64,000 nt of DNA from assembly GCA_002269645.1 (NCBI GenBank), contig NIVC01000888.1, forward strand, positions 92,495 through 156,494. Reading direction: 5' to 3'. Below the pieces are notes generated by a model. That model worked only from the letters and a program-made list of their open reading frames with translations, was not told where the DNA came from and made no database searches. Of the stretch, positions 37,601-64,000 are shown one piece after another (the stretch's first letter is position 1; every line of letters starts with the position of its first letter). Both the position numbers and the translations under genes were made by a program. Source of the DNA: Macrostomum lignano (Eukaryota).

Positions 37601-39766
37601 CGGCTGCAGGCACAGCTGCACCTCTTGAATGTGCGACTTTGTGCGGCCCTGTAAATTTGTTTTTATAAAGCAATTTTGTGTTTAATTAAAGTTGATTATG
37701 TGGACTGAAAAGGGCCGTTTTACTCGTTGTTATTCTTCATCATTTTTGCCCTGCTGCACAACGCCTGGTCCGTCCAGGTAACCTATTGTGCCATTGGCAA
37801 TTCCATCTGGGAGGCCACTTCAACTGCGCCGAGTCATACTGCCCACAGCTGCTGACGCTGCAAGTGCCACCCTACCGATGATGAGACGCGGGCATGCTGC
37901 ATGCAGCCAATGTCTGCTTTCAAATCGTTAGGCGCGCCCTCTAACGCTGCTCTCATCTTTAATACCTACTAACAACATATTGTTATTTATGAGGTTGCTG
38001 CAATGCAAATTTACCTGAACTGTCACTGAAACTTCTGGAGCTGCACCAATCGGACGCGACGAAGCGGCCACGTGGAAGTTCAGCTGCAGGTCGGCGGTCT
38101 CCTTGACGGCTGGCAGGGAGGCGCCGCTGGTGGCCTGCCGGATTCGGCCTTGAATCGCCCGCAGCTCGCCGTCCAGCCTGGTCACGTCCAGATCGCGGAA
38201 CGCCGAGCTCGGATTCATGATCGGCAGGCTGGGGTCGGTGCCCAGGTACAGGGCGTCGCACCTGCCGTCCTCGGTGAGCGCAACGATGAGTCCCTCGGTC
38301 TGGCCGGCCGTCACCAGCTGCAGCTGCACGGGGGTCGCGCTGTGCTGAGCTCCCCAGAGCAGCTCGTTCTCGTGCAGCACCAGCAGCTGGCCGGTGCTGC
38401 TGGCCACCAGCCAGTTGGCCGTCAGCGGCAGGATTGCCGCCGGTGGCACTTCAAATCGCAGCGCCCAATTTGGCTGCCCGGCCGCCTCGGAGAGGCACAG
38501 CACCGAGCGGTAGTTCAGCACCAACACGGCCTCCTGGCGCGGCCAGGCGCGGATGTCCAGCACGAGCTCGCCGGAGTTGTGCACCCATTCGTGCTTCACC
38601 CGACGGGACTGGCGAGTTGGGGTGAGTAGGACGACTGATGGTGCATATGCGGGCCTTTATTTCTTGAACCATTGCATTGTGAAGCCAAGGACCACTAGCA
38701 GTATATCAGGACGCTACACTTAAAGGATCGTGTAATTTTCTTGGTGGCCGATTTCCGTAAAAAATACACTATGAAAGATAGGAAAACATTATTTTTTCAT
38801 TACAAAATCAATTATTCCATTTGATTTGGATTACTAAAGATTAGCACAGTCAGGTACTCTGCAGCCATTATTTTAGGCATAGTTTCATTTCAATGCTTAT
38901 TAGTAACATGCTGTGCATGCTAAATTACACGATCTTTGAGTGTAGCGTCCTGATATACTGCTAGTGGTCCTTGTGTAAAGCTTAATTGGTCCCGACAACC
39001 AACCTCCAGTTCGTCTTAGAACGGCTCTCAGCTTTCATATGACCAGGGTAATGCAGTTCAGTCAGAGCAGTGTAGCAGTACAGATACTGACAATGGATAG
39101 AGAGCTGGTCATTTCTCGCTTTACCTTCGGGTCATCCTGAGCGTCAGTGGCTACGGCCAGCGAGTTGTACTTGTAGGCCTCTACTACCCGGGCAGAGTTG
39201 CCAGTCACAAAAATGTCGCTAGCTGGCAGGTAGGCCATCGGACCGGGCAGCACAGCGTTGGGCAGGTAGCGAATAAAAGAGAAGCTCTCTTGCTCGAAGA
39301 CCGACACCGCGGCGTCAAGATGCTGCACGGCGATGAAGTCGCGTCGTTCCACTTTTCCGAACGGGCCGCAGCAGAGATTGTAGCCGCTCTTCTTCAGGCT
39401 GTGCTCGTAGGCAAGTCGCAGAGAATAGGCTGAGCCCCCGTTGGAATGGCCCTGTGTGCAGCTCAGGGTGTACACTGCCAGCTTGCGGTCGTGCAGCACG
39501 GCCAGGCCCCGGCCCTCTGAGATCAGGTTGCCAATGGCAACGGCCAGGATTGGGCCTCGAAGATCCTTTTCTAGACAGGTGCTCTCCGTACCCGTGGCAT
39601 CTCCTTTGACCGGCTTGAAAATTCGGAGAATGCCAGAGTGACTGCCGATTACAACGAACTGCTGCAGGTCTTGCAGAAGGCGACCAGTTGCTAAGCAACC
39701 ATTGTCAAACTCTTCACCAGAGCCGCATTGGCACCGCCACCAGTCTCTGGCTTTGAAAAGAGACAT
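34608..39766 (-). CDS. BBS9: Bardet-Biedl syndrome 9 protein (PTHB1), about 912 aa
   Basis: Exons 39766-39125, 38608-38015, 37648-37262, 36771-36488, 35954-35621 and 35105-34608 join in frame. Hallmark start MSLFKARDWW...GEEFD.GCL, plus LQGDSLDQL and FRAVQKRLLAKFKDKT. Confidence 0.95.
35330..35504 (-). mobile_element. tRNA-derived SINE in a BBS9 intron
   Basis: Minus strand begins GGACGCGCCGTAGCCCAGTGG (A box) ... GGCTCGATTCC (B box). The body is similar to 60425-60614. Confidence 0.7.
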
Positions 39767-42567
39767 GGAGGCAGCATGAAGGAGGAAATATAATTACTCT
39801 TTGTTAATGAAGAACATGTAAATAATTTATTATTTAAAATAAGATCCAATTTACTTTAAGTTTTTGCGCCTCATAAAAATTAGGAAAACCAATTGAACGT
39901 AAGTTTACAAATGTAGGTTATATTTTGCATACAAGTCTGTAAAATACAACAAGCTAGTTAATAGCTTTAGAGTATCGAGACAGAATCTAATTTATCGACT
40001 TCAGTTCGCAAAAGTACAGCCAATTGCGAGCTAAAAAATCAGCATAAAAGCTTATAAGCTAGCATTCAATACATCCTAGCTAAACATTGTTTAGATTTTA
40101 TTTTTATATTCATATTCTGGAATGTTTAGACGTGTAGTTTGTTCCTATGTGTAAAGGCAAGTTTCGATGATGTATATGTAATATATCTATAATAAACAAT
40201 TGATGGTACGACATATTGTAATCCTAGACTAGTACAAAAAGCATAATCGCTATGCGACTTGTATACCTAAAACAGCAAAAGAGACTTCAAAAACAATGTA
40301 CTCCACTAAATTTAGCAAGTATGAGGAGTATTTAAATAAAATAAAGTAACAGTAATTCGATTGATAACAATTGAACAAACTAATCACGTTTAATAACTTG
40401 TTGTGACTGCTCTTAATTAATAGTACAAATAGTAAAACAATTGCTTGCTTTTTCAAAATAGTTAACTCAACATACAGTAAATGTTGTGTGGTCTTCCTTT
40501 CTGTAATTTTTCTGGAGCAAATACAAGAGCACATCATTTTTAATTATAAAACAGTGTGTTCTCAATAGACAAATATGCTCATTGCTCTTGCACGAAAATA
40601 GAGCATGTAGCACAAAAATGGTTTAAATATCAACCTCTTATTGGGTAACAGCCAGAAAACTTTTGAGTATGACGAATAAACACCAGTAGTCTCAAACTGT
40701 TAAGGTAACAACTTAAATTAGTCTCTGAAATTCCACATGTTAAATTTTGGCGATAAAGCTTTTTTAGAAAGGATTAATTGACATAACAAATTTATTGTTA
40801 GTACTTTTTAAATGATGTAATACGTATGTAGCTTTATAAGTTCACGTAGTTTATATTTCTTTATTTCAAAAAATACTTTTAACTTTACAATCGAATACAC
40901 ATTAATTGAGTTCAAGCTTATGACGCCGCAACTTATTTTTTAAAATGGGTAACGTGGGACTCAGTAATTCTTCCTGCAGAATCAGAGATTACAGACTTGC
41001 ATGTTTTGTTTTGCTTTGACCTTTGATATTAGTAAGCAGAAAAACACAGAAACGGATAGAAATAATGCTCAAACGTGATTTGCGATCGAATTTATTAGCT
41101 AATTTCAGCCTTGCGCAACCGAACCTATCAGTATTAAGTAGGCCTAGTATATTATTTAGTATATTTAGATTGCATTGGCGGATTTACGGGGTGAGGCGTC
41201 CAGGGCCTTTTAAATCGAAGGGCATTAAATTTTTAAATCAAAGGATTTTTTAATTTCAGTGTATTGCAATTTTTATGCAAGAATTCTATAATGGTTTATC
41301 TAATGAGCTTGTGCTATAAATTTTCTCAACAATTGGTCACAGACTAGGCCCTGGCTGGCCATATATAGTGTATAGAAGAGGATTATAAGAATAAGATCCA
41401 GTATTTTAAATGCTAAGCATTTCCTATTAAATAAGTTTAGATTTTTAAGTCTTGTTAAATAATATAACTATGCCTAGGCCTAGTTATATAATTACTAATA
41501 ATGTGGCTAATTTAAATAAAATAAAATTTATAATATAAACAAGCATGTATTATTTAAATTAAAGATAAAATATATAGGCCTATTCTTGCTTATTATAGTT
41601 ATAAAAATTCAAAATGAAAGAAGAATGGTTTTGGGCTTTTTTCTAAAAATCAATTGTATCCTACTGCTAGTGGTTCTACATGTAGATAGGTATAGAAAAT
41701 TCGGCATATGCCATAGTTCTAGTTTACTTCGTTATATTCCAACCCCCCTACCCTTGAATAGAGGGCGAAATAATTTAACGCAGTAAACTAGAACTATGCC
41801 GAAAATTCATTTTAGTAAAGTATTGTAGAAAGAATAAAATATTATTTTGCCAATCATATATTTGTTTATTTCTATAATTTAAACTGGCTATGCAGCTTAG
41901 TTTTTTTTTAACAAAAAGTGTAACTTAGCTTTAATGTTCTACTTTTCAACTTTTGATTATTTTTTTCTTATTTTTTTCTTATTTCTTTTTCATCCCATTT
42001 GGCCATTTCATAGTTCTTCTTGCTTTTTAATTTTTTGAGGGGTCAACCTTGGTTAACAGCCTCTTAGCCAAGTTTTAGACATGTATATTGCCAATAATAG
42101 TCTTAGAAATTTCTTTATAATTTCTGCCTGATATAGATTCAATTTAATATCTAGATTATTATTTTATTTAAGTTCTTTTTTGAAAACAATTTGCATCAAT
42201 TAATAAAAAAACTATTTTTTCAGCATGTTTAAGGAAGAACTAGATATTTTAACTTTCAATTTGAAGTTGAATTTGTCAATCATTACTAGGCCTAAGAAAG
42301 TATCAGTATGATCTGAATCATTCAGATTATTGTTAGCTCATAAGATTAGCTTTGACAGCTGTTCTATAGATTTTAGAAATTTAGTTAAGCTACTACACCT
42401 AGTTTAATCGATGTGTATTTTGCATTATTATTTTTATTTTTATTTATCTACTAACTAGAGTATCTACCAACCTACTAGTAGTAGAAATACATACATTGTC
42501 CATGAAAATTTTACTGATAGTTTTACCTATTAGTACAGTGATAAGTTCCTTGCCTTTAACATTGCAG

Positions 42568-56803
<14,236 letters not shown>

Positions 56804-57553
56804 GGCCGATTCTTGTTGGTTAAGAACTGATGAAGCTGTGACGAACTGTTTTTATCCAGAATCATTTTTTATTAACTTCTCATATGTTGTAGTCGAACAT
56901 GTCTCCGCGATTTTGGTTGTCTCTTTCCTTTGTTTTTTGCTTCGGTAGTTTCTTTGCTTCTTTGAACTTCTCTTCAGATACGTCAAATACAATTAATTGT
57001 ACGCATTTTTGTGTGTCGAAACAAGTGTATTAAATTTGAAATAAAACCTTATTTGCTGTGTTACTGTCTTGTTTTTTTCAGAAAGTCTCAATTGTTCTGG
57101 GACTAGTTAAAAAAAACTAGCGTTCCATCAAGTTTCAGAAGCTTTTTTTCTATAGCCTACATGTGTGTCCAACAATAACGGGACTCTTGCTCTTTTTCAG
57201 TTGGCTTTAACCGCTGGGCTGCTAGGACGTAAACCATGAGCCCACATTCAAAGATTAACGATCACTGCGTAATATTTTTGCCCGCACTGTTAGGTCGTTA
57301 CTCATTCATTTCTTACTACTCGTTAGTAGGCCGCGTATACCTGCATCCCTAAAGTCGAGTTTGTCTAAGTGAAATAACGAACTCTCTCCGTCTGACGAAA
57401 TTTCTGACAAGACCGCATAAACAAAAGCATACACCGTAGATGCCATGGCAGATAATTCAGTATCCAGCGAGGCCTGGACACCGGGGAGACTATAAGACAT
57501 CGTTCGCAACCAAAGACTTCGGTTATCATTGGGTTTCTCTAACGGAATTGACG

Positions 57554-60019
57554 ATGCACTTCAAATTATTTCTAATGCTGCTTTTGTGCAGCGTTGGACT
57601 GTGCCGAGGGTCCTCAGCCAAACAGCTTCTGAATGTGTCCAATCTACTGACAGAAGACATCTTCGCCTGCAGCAACGGCTCGCTGCCTTCCATGTCCTTC
57701 GTTACCAGCCTGTCGATCCGCGGCTGCCCCGTCTTCGTGCACCGTCTGGGCGCCGTCAAGGCCGGTCGCTTCGTGCTCGAGCCGACCTTCTGCATCACGG
57801 AGCCGGCCGCTCTGCGCAGTCCCGGCGCCCACTTCGACCTGCTGACCAACGAGTTCTACTTCAGCTTCCCCGTCAACGTGACCGACGAGACTCTGGCGAC
57901 CGAGGCGGCGTCGATGCTGAGCCACCTGTCGCCAAAGTCGGTGTCGTTTCTGGAGGTGACGAGCGTTCGGATGAACAGCTCGAACAGCCTCGCGTTCACG
58001 AAGGCCTCATTTTTGTGGGGTCCGACGGAGTTCATTGGACACCTGCGGCTGGTGTGTTCTGGGCTTGTCTGCCAATCTCTAAAGTAAATATACAGGTGGT
58101 GATCTTCAGTTTTAAAGTGATTCAGTAGATACTTTTTGGATTGTTTAACACCGTACTGTACTTAATGTTTAGGCTTTACCTGGCAAAAGGACAGACGGAA
58201 GTGTTCCACAACATCCGCCTCGTGGCCAGCATGCGAGCTGGCGAGGGCTGCGCCGCCTTCGAGCGCGCCTTCCCGGTCACCGTCGCTCGCGCTCCGTTCC
58301 TCCCAATCGAGTCGCTGCAGAGACCCAGGAGCTCTGCTCTGCCAGCCTGCTCCGATCTCCAGCTGTTCAGAGTGGTTCAGCTGGACAACTGCACTGCCTA
58401 CGTGCACCAGAGACGAGGCAAGAGAGGCCACTTTGTGATCGAACCGTTGCTGTGCCCGACTCCGAGCTTCCAGCTGCTCAGAGACTTCTCACTCGGTAGC
58501 CACTATGTGAGGCTGCCCGCTCTGATCGAAGACGAGTCCGTGATCGCGGCGGTGAGGTCTCGGATCGGGTCTGCGTCAGTCGAGTCGCTGGAGTTCATGA
58601 AGCTGTGGCACGCGAGCATCCACGTGAGCAGCAGGCTGTCTCAATGGCGGTTCGAGGCGTTGAGACTGTCTGTTGACCGGCGGACTGCGGAGCTGAGAGC
58701 TTACTGCAGTACTCAATCATCTTGCGATGCACTTGGGTGGGTCTAACTTTAGTGCTCCTTTGCTTTTAGACTGTTCTTTGATTAGCTAAATTTTAAGAAG
58801 TCAAGCAGCAAACTCCTATTGTAGCCTCGTGCTGATCTCTGAGCCGGTGAACTTCTGGAAAAACATTCAGTGGACCGCAGTCTCCTTGCTGGACGACCAG
58901 TGCTATTTCCGCACCCAGCAGCGCCGATTCGCACTGCGCATGCGAGACCGACCGCCGGGAGGCCCAGCGCTGAAGACACGGCGAAATGACGGCCGATGGA
59001 ATGCGCAGGATCTGCGAGACCGCACCGTCTGGCGGGACGGGCGCACTTTCATCATTATTAACCAGCGCGGCTGCAGGGCCAGCAATTTTCAGCGCACCTG
59101 GCGGGAATACGTGGCTGGCTTTGGCGATGAGAGCAATTTTTGGATAGGTGATGGCATGGTTTTTGATTTTCAGGTGTTTTAGGTCCGGTGGAAGGTAGTG
59201 TATTTACTTAGCAACATTGAAAAGTCGCCATTCTATATGCCAGTGAGCAGTTTCTCTTGAACTATTCTGAAATTGAGAAAACTGATCGGGGTGGCTTTAA
59301 TCCGTTCAACCCTCGCACACCGCTCCCCCACTTCATTTCTCAACTCAAGTCTGCCTCAGCGTAGCTAAGCTGCGTCACTCGCAAAGATTGAGAGACTGTA
59401 CTTGCACTCTCAAAAGTGGCAACCACAGACGGAATCTTCTGTGATGGCGACTTTCGATGTTGCTGAGTATATGCCGCTTTGTGGGTTGGCTCTAGCTGAG
59501 TGTGAATCCAGCAACCAGAGTCCCAGACCTCGGGTCAAACCGCAGAATTCCATAACTAAAGTGTGCAGAATTTAATCTGCGCCAATTCCAGGCCTGGACA
59601 TTCTTCACAGCCTGACCGGCCGGCAGGGCACCCTCATGCGGGTGGAGCTGCTGCTCTGGAACGAGACCGAGTGGTTCGCCGAGTACTCTGGATTCTCCGT
59701 TGACAATGCCAGCAACAGTTACCGCATGCGGTACTTGCAGATGATCCCGTCGAGGTCCAGCTTAGTCTTTGATGCGCTCAGCTCGGTTAAAGGCTCTCCC
59801 TTCTCCGCTAGGGATAAGGATAACCATGGTTATTCTTCGCGACACTATTGCTCACGTTCATGGGGCGGCAACGGTGGATGGTGGTACAGCAACTGCGGTC
59901 ACGCCAACCCGAACGGGATTTATCACTTCGCCCAGTCAACAAGCACCGGTTACTCAACTTGGAATTTCAAGGAGGGCTATAGAACTCTGAAGGAGTTTCG
60001 CATGATGGTTCAGATATAG
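57554..60019 (+). CDS. Secreted fibrinogen-related (FReD) protein with two unrecognised N-terminal modules, copy 1
   Basis: Exons 57554-58083, 58173-58736, 58825-59147 and 59592-60019 join in frame. Signal peptide MHFKLFLMLLLCSVGLCRG; FReD motifs NFQRTWREYVAGFG, NFWIGLD.LH.LT, FSARDKDN, GGWWYSNCGHANPNG. Confidence 0.87.
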
Positions 60020-60424
60020 TTAAAAGCTAAAGATTGAAGCTTAAGATTGCTTTGTCCACTCAACTTCAGATCACAAAGCTCGAGTGAAATGTTTTTTAAG
60101 AAACAGTGCCGAAATGCTCATACTTTTTTGTTATAATAACGTTATGATTGCTGTCAGCAATAAAATTAATCCTATGACCCTTAACCTTGCTAATTAATAG
60201 ATGATTATTTCACGTCGAATATTTAATATTCATAGCCTTCTATTAGTACTGTATGTACTTTTGTTCTTACGATTTGAAAAAAGATTTTACCCTTAAAAAT
60301 CAACTGGAGCCTCTATGCCTGAGTTATTTATTAGAGGTAGGGGGTACTTCAAGCGAAATTGTTACTCAACTGGGGAGCGGCATCACTGCCCGTTCCGCCG
60401 ACTCCCCTGAGCAGGCACATAAGG

Positions 60425-60614
60425 TGCGGATACGTAAGCATGTACACTTCACAGTCTTGGGTGTTGGCCCTCAATGGCCCTCGGGCGTTAATTGCACGAG
60501 CAGAGCCAAGCCGAGATTCAAATTTAACCCCGAATTGTTGTGATTTTCAATTGGAATCGAGCTTGGGCCGCTGGCACATAAGAGCGCCTCGCTGGACGAC
60601 TAGGTACGGCTCCC
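60425..60614 (-). mobile_element. tRNA-derived SINE, second copy
   Basis: Shares CATGTACACTTCAC, GGGCGTTAAT, GAGCAGAGCCAA.CCGAGATTC and GGAATCGAGC.TGGGCCGCTGGCAC with the 35.3-35.5 kb copy. Confidence 0.7.
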
Positions 60615-61733
60615 TCCATGCCTGCATGCTTCTCATGCAAAACAGCGTATCCAAAGTCAAGAGCCAACCCATGCCAGTCATTGGTGCTAAAGATGGTTTG
60701 GCCATAGACTATAGCTCGTAATTGGCTACTCTTAGACCGGGATAGATAGAGAGTGGGCATCATCACGCATGGATATCTAAAGCAGGATGTTGCAGTCGCA
60801 AAATCATGAGGATTTCGCTTCGATATGCTTTAGCAAGATGAGAAGTTTCCAGTTTTTCAGCACTGAATTCCTTCTGAATTGCAAACGAAGTAAACATGCG
60901 TTTTTACCGAGTCGTACCCACGAGTTTATGAAGCTATTTTTCCTGAAATTCTAACGAAGACCAGCCATAAAGCAAGTTCCTGTCTCTTTAGTGTATTTTT
61001 ATGGACGAATTATTCTCGACCGAATTCGTCCATGGCGAAAACTCCATTCAGCGCCATGCAAAAAGCTAATATTTTCGAAGCACTTAAAAATTCGTGTGAC
61101 TGCACCCCAGACAAGCACGTTCTTGCTTGCTTCATACATGCTTCAGACACTTGCCTCAGGCTAACAAGCCGAAAGCATAGGAGCTAATAATCACCTGTCT
61201 AAATTTCACCGTGTCACGTGCCACAGAAACTTCCTACTACAAAGGGGTAAGTACTTTGGCACTTAGAAACTTACAAGCTTATTAGCAGTGATTTGGTCTG
61301 CTTTTACTTTTCTCGCCTGTTCGTTGGCCTTCATATTGCTCTTCTGACAGCACTTAAAGCACGTGAATTAGCAATTACAGTGCAGAGATATTTTAATCTG
61401 CAGACAGGCAAACGAAAATGAAGAAAACTTCTGTAATTATCAGAACTCTCTTATCCTCCTGCTTCTATCGCAGCTGTGGGGCCCTGAAGTCACAGCCTAC
61501 ACACGATGACAAACGTGTTGTTTACATTTTACAATACCAATCTGATGGTGCCAATCAGCCGCAGGATTGGGCCACAATTTGCAGCAGCGATGCTTCTTGC
61601 AAGAAACAGAATCGTTTCGAGGGTAAGTGATGAAAAGTAAATTAAAGGTTTCGTTCAGACAAATTTAAGTTCACTGTTCTGCGACACTATCTGAATCAAG
61701 ACTAATTCAGATATTATTGCGCAAGAAAACTAA

Positions 61734-63975
61734 ATGCGTCTGCAGGAGTTTCTTCAGCTGCTGCTGCTCTGCAGCCTCGGCGCTTCGGCAGTCCCGTCGG
61801 AGCAGGACGCGGCCGACTCGCTGCCAGCTCCGGCCCAACGCATCGAGTTCGCCTGCAGCAACGGCTCGCTGCCTTCCATGTCCTTCGTTACTAGCCTGTC
61901 GATCCGCGGCTGTCCCGTCTTCGTGCACCGTCTGGGCGCCGTCAAGGCCGGTCGCTTCGTGCTCGAGCCGACCTTCTGCATCACGGAGCCGGCCGCTCTG
62001 CGCAGTCCCGGCGCCCACTTCGACCTGCTGACCAACGAGTTCTACTTCAGCTTCCCCGTCAACGTGACCGACGAGACTCTGGCGACCGAGGCGGCGTCGA
62101 TGCTGAGCCACCTGTCGCCAAAGTCGGTGTCGTTTCTGGAGGTGACGAGCGTTCGGATGAACAGCTCGAACAGCCTCGCGTTCACGAAGGCCTCATTTCT
62201 GTGGGGTCCGACGGAGTTCATTGGACACCTGCGGCTGATGTGCGCCGAATTCGCGTGTCCGTCCCTCGCGTATGTTTCATAATTGTGTGTGAAATATTAG
62301 TTAAGGGTAAATGCTATTTAGCTCGTAGAAAGCCAAATTCAAGTTGTCGTTCGAATGTCGTTCAGGATGAACCTCGAGAGAGACCGCTTGGAGCCATTCG
62401 ACAACATCCGTCTCGTGGCCAGCATGCGAGCTGGCGAGGGCTGCGCCGCCTTCGAGCGCGCCTTCCCGGTCACCGTCGCTCGCGCTCCGTTCCTCCCAAT
62501 CGAGTCACTGCAGAGACCCAGGAGCTCTGCTCTGCCAGCCTGCTCCGATCTCCAGCTGTTCAGAGTGGTTCATCTGGACAACTGCACTGCCTACGTGCAC
62601 CAGAGACGAGGCAAGAGAGGACACTTTGTGATCGAACCGTTGCTGTGTCCGACTCCGAGCTTCCAGCTGCTCAGAGACTTCTCACTCGGTAGCCACTATG
62701 TGAGGCTGCCCGCTCTGATCGAAGACGAGTCCGTGATCGCGGCGGTGAGGTCTCGGATCGGGTCTGCGTCAGTCGAGTCGCTGGAGTTCATGAAGCTGTG
62801 GCACGCGAGCATCCACGTGAGCAGCAGGCTGTCTCAGTGGCGGTTCGAGGCGTTGAGACTGTCTGTTGACCGGCGGACTGCAGAGCTGAGAGCTTACTGC
62901 AATACGCGAAAGTCATGCGAGTTGCTAGTGTATGTTTGGCTGCTGAATCAGGTTTTTACGATTTTTTCCATCTAATAGATGCAGAAAAAACTTCTCATTT
63001 GTTCAGATCCATTTTTAAATCAGAGCAGTGAACTTCTGGAAAAAACGTCCAGTGGACTGCGACATTTTTGTTGGAAGACAACTGCGAACTCCGATCCGAA
63101 AAGCTTCGGTTTGTTTTTAGGATGAAGGAACGGTCTGGCGGTGAAGGCCAAGTGTCAACTGCAATTGGCCAGAAAGTTGATAGTCTGAGGAACAAGACGG
63201 TCGTGCGAAACAATCGCCATTTCGTTATTGTGCTTCAGCGTGGTTGCAGAAGCAGCAATTTCAACCGCTTCTGGAGTGAATATGTGTCTGGCTTTGGTGA
63301 CGAGCACAACTTTTGGATAGGTAAGGCTGCCGTCTTGACAATAGATGAACACCGTTACTACTGCACAGACTTAGTTGCCGTAGTTACGAGCTTAATTAGT
63401 TAACTACAAGGATGGACTTGTTATACTTTTCGGATATTCTGAAGGCTCGAAAATGGTAGCCTCTTAGTTAAGGTTTCTTTGTACTAGACAGTCAGCATTA
63501 CGAGTACATGGTACTACACTGCAGCAACTATTGTTGATCTGTTACAGGTTTGGAAACTCTGCATTGGCTCACAAGTCCGCAGAGCGTTCGAATGCGTGTT
63601 GAGATGCTGCTATGGAATGACACCGAGTGGTTTGCTGAGTATACTCCGGCTTCTCTGTTGGCAACGCGGCGAGGCTGTACACAATGAAGTACAGCAGCAT
63701 GCTTCGCGGAGCAGTCCAGCCTCGTGTATGACGCCTGGCGTCTTCAACGGCACCAAGTTCTCCACGCGAGACCGAGACAACGACGGCCATTCAACTGCTA
63801 ACTACTGCTCAAAAAAATGGGCGCGGTACGGCGGCTGGTGGTACGCAGCCTGCGGACACACCAACCCGAACGGCGTCTATAACTACGGTGACTCGAGAGC
63901 CACAACGATATCCGGTTGGCAATTTAAGAAAGCTACAAAGCTGCTAAAGAGTTTAGAATGATGGTGCAGATATGA
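61734..63975 (+). pseudogene. FReD protein copy 2: exons 1-2 intact, FReD exons frameshifted
   Basis: Exons 61734-62269, 62366-62929, 63024-63320 and 63548-63975. Relative to copy 1 there is an extra A at 63040-63045, a +2 at about 63641 (GAGTATACTCC), and further indels at about 63710-63740 and 63946. These could be assembly errors. Confidence 0.65.
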
Positions 63976-64000
63976 AAAGACAGTTTATTTAGACAGCAAT

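Noticed and set aside
41175-41360. GGCGGATTTACGGGG as a possible Harbinger-like MITE end
   Set aside because: No matching second TIR or TSD was found.
57306-57509. 67-aa minus-strand ORF upstream of FReD copy 1
   Set aside because: Short, with no recognisable family or supporting splice structure.
61474-61622. Exon-like segment upstream of FReD copy 2
   Set aside because: It has splice-like ends, but copy 2 already has its own ATG and signal peptide. At most it is a 5' UTR exon, which cannot be tested without RNA data.

Overview
This is intron-containing animal genomic DNA. The GC3-rich exons and introns packed with private micro/minisatellites resemble the flatworm Macrostomum, but that species guess is inference. 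Genes were reconstructed by hand from splice sites and reading-frame phase: a CCDC87-like gene (5'-truncated, +), a two-domain galectin-like gene (+), a candidate small prohormone gene (-), PLEKHB/evectin (+), BBS9 (-), RHBDD1 rhomboid (+), and two tandem fibrinogen-domain genes with an unrecognised duplicated N-terminal module (+). The main finding is a 12,720-bp CMC/EnSpm (CACTA-type) DNA transposon (43690-56409) with 14-bp TIRs, an ATT target-site duplication and subterminal GTCGGCACT arrays. It lies in the RHBDD1 intron between the catalytic Ser and His exons. It carries three sense-strand genes: a DDE transposase, a spliceable F-box/LRR gene and a coiled-coil/BEN-domain gene. Other observations: near-identical exon cores in otherwise diverged FReD paralogues, intronic satellites built from splice-signal motifs, a copied splice-acceptor fragment, a 1.16-kb insertion splitting a satellite, and a tRNA-derived SINE family. 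Most long ORFs in the supplied track run through tandem repeats and are spurious. All family assignments come from recalled motifs, not database searches.
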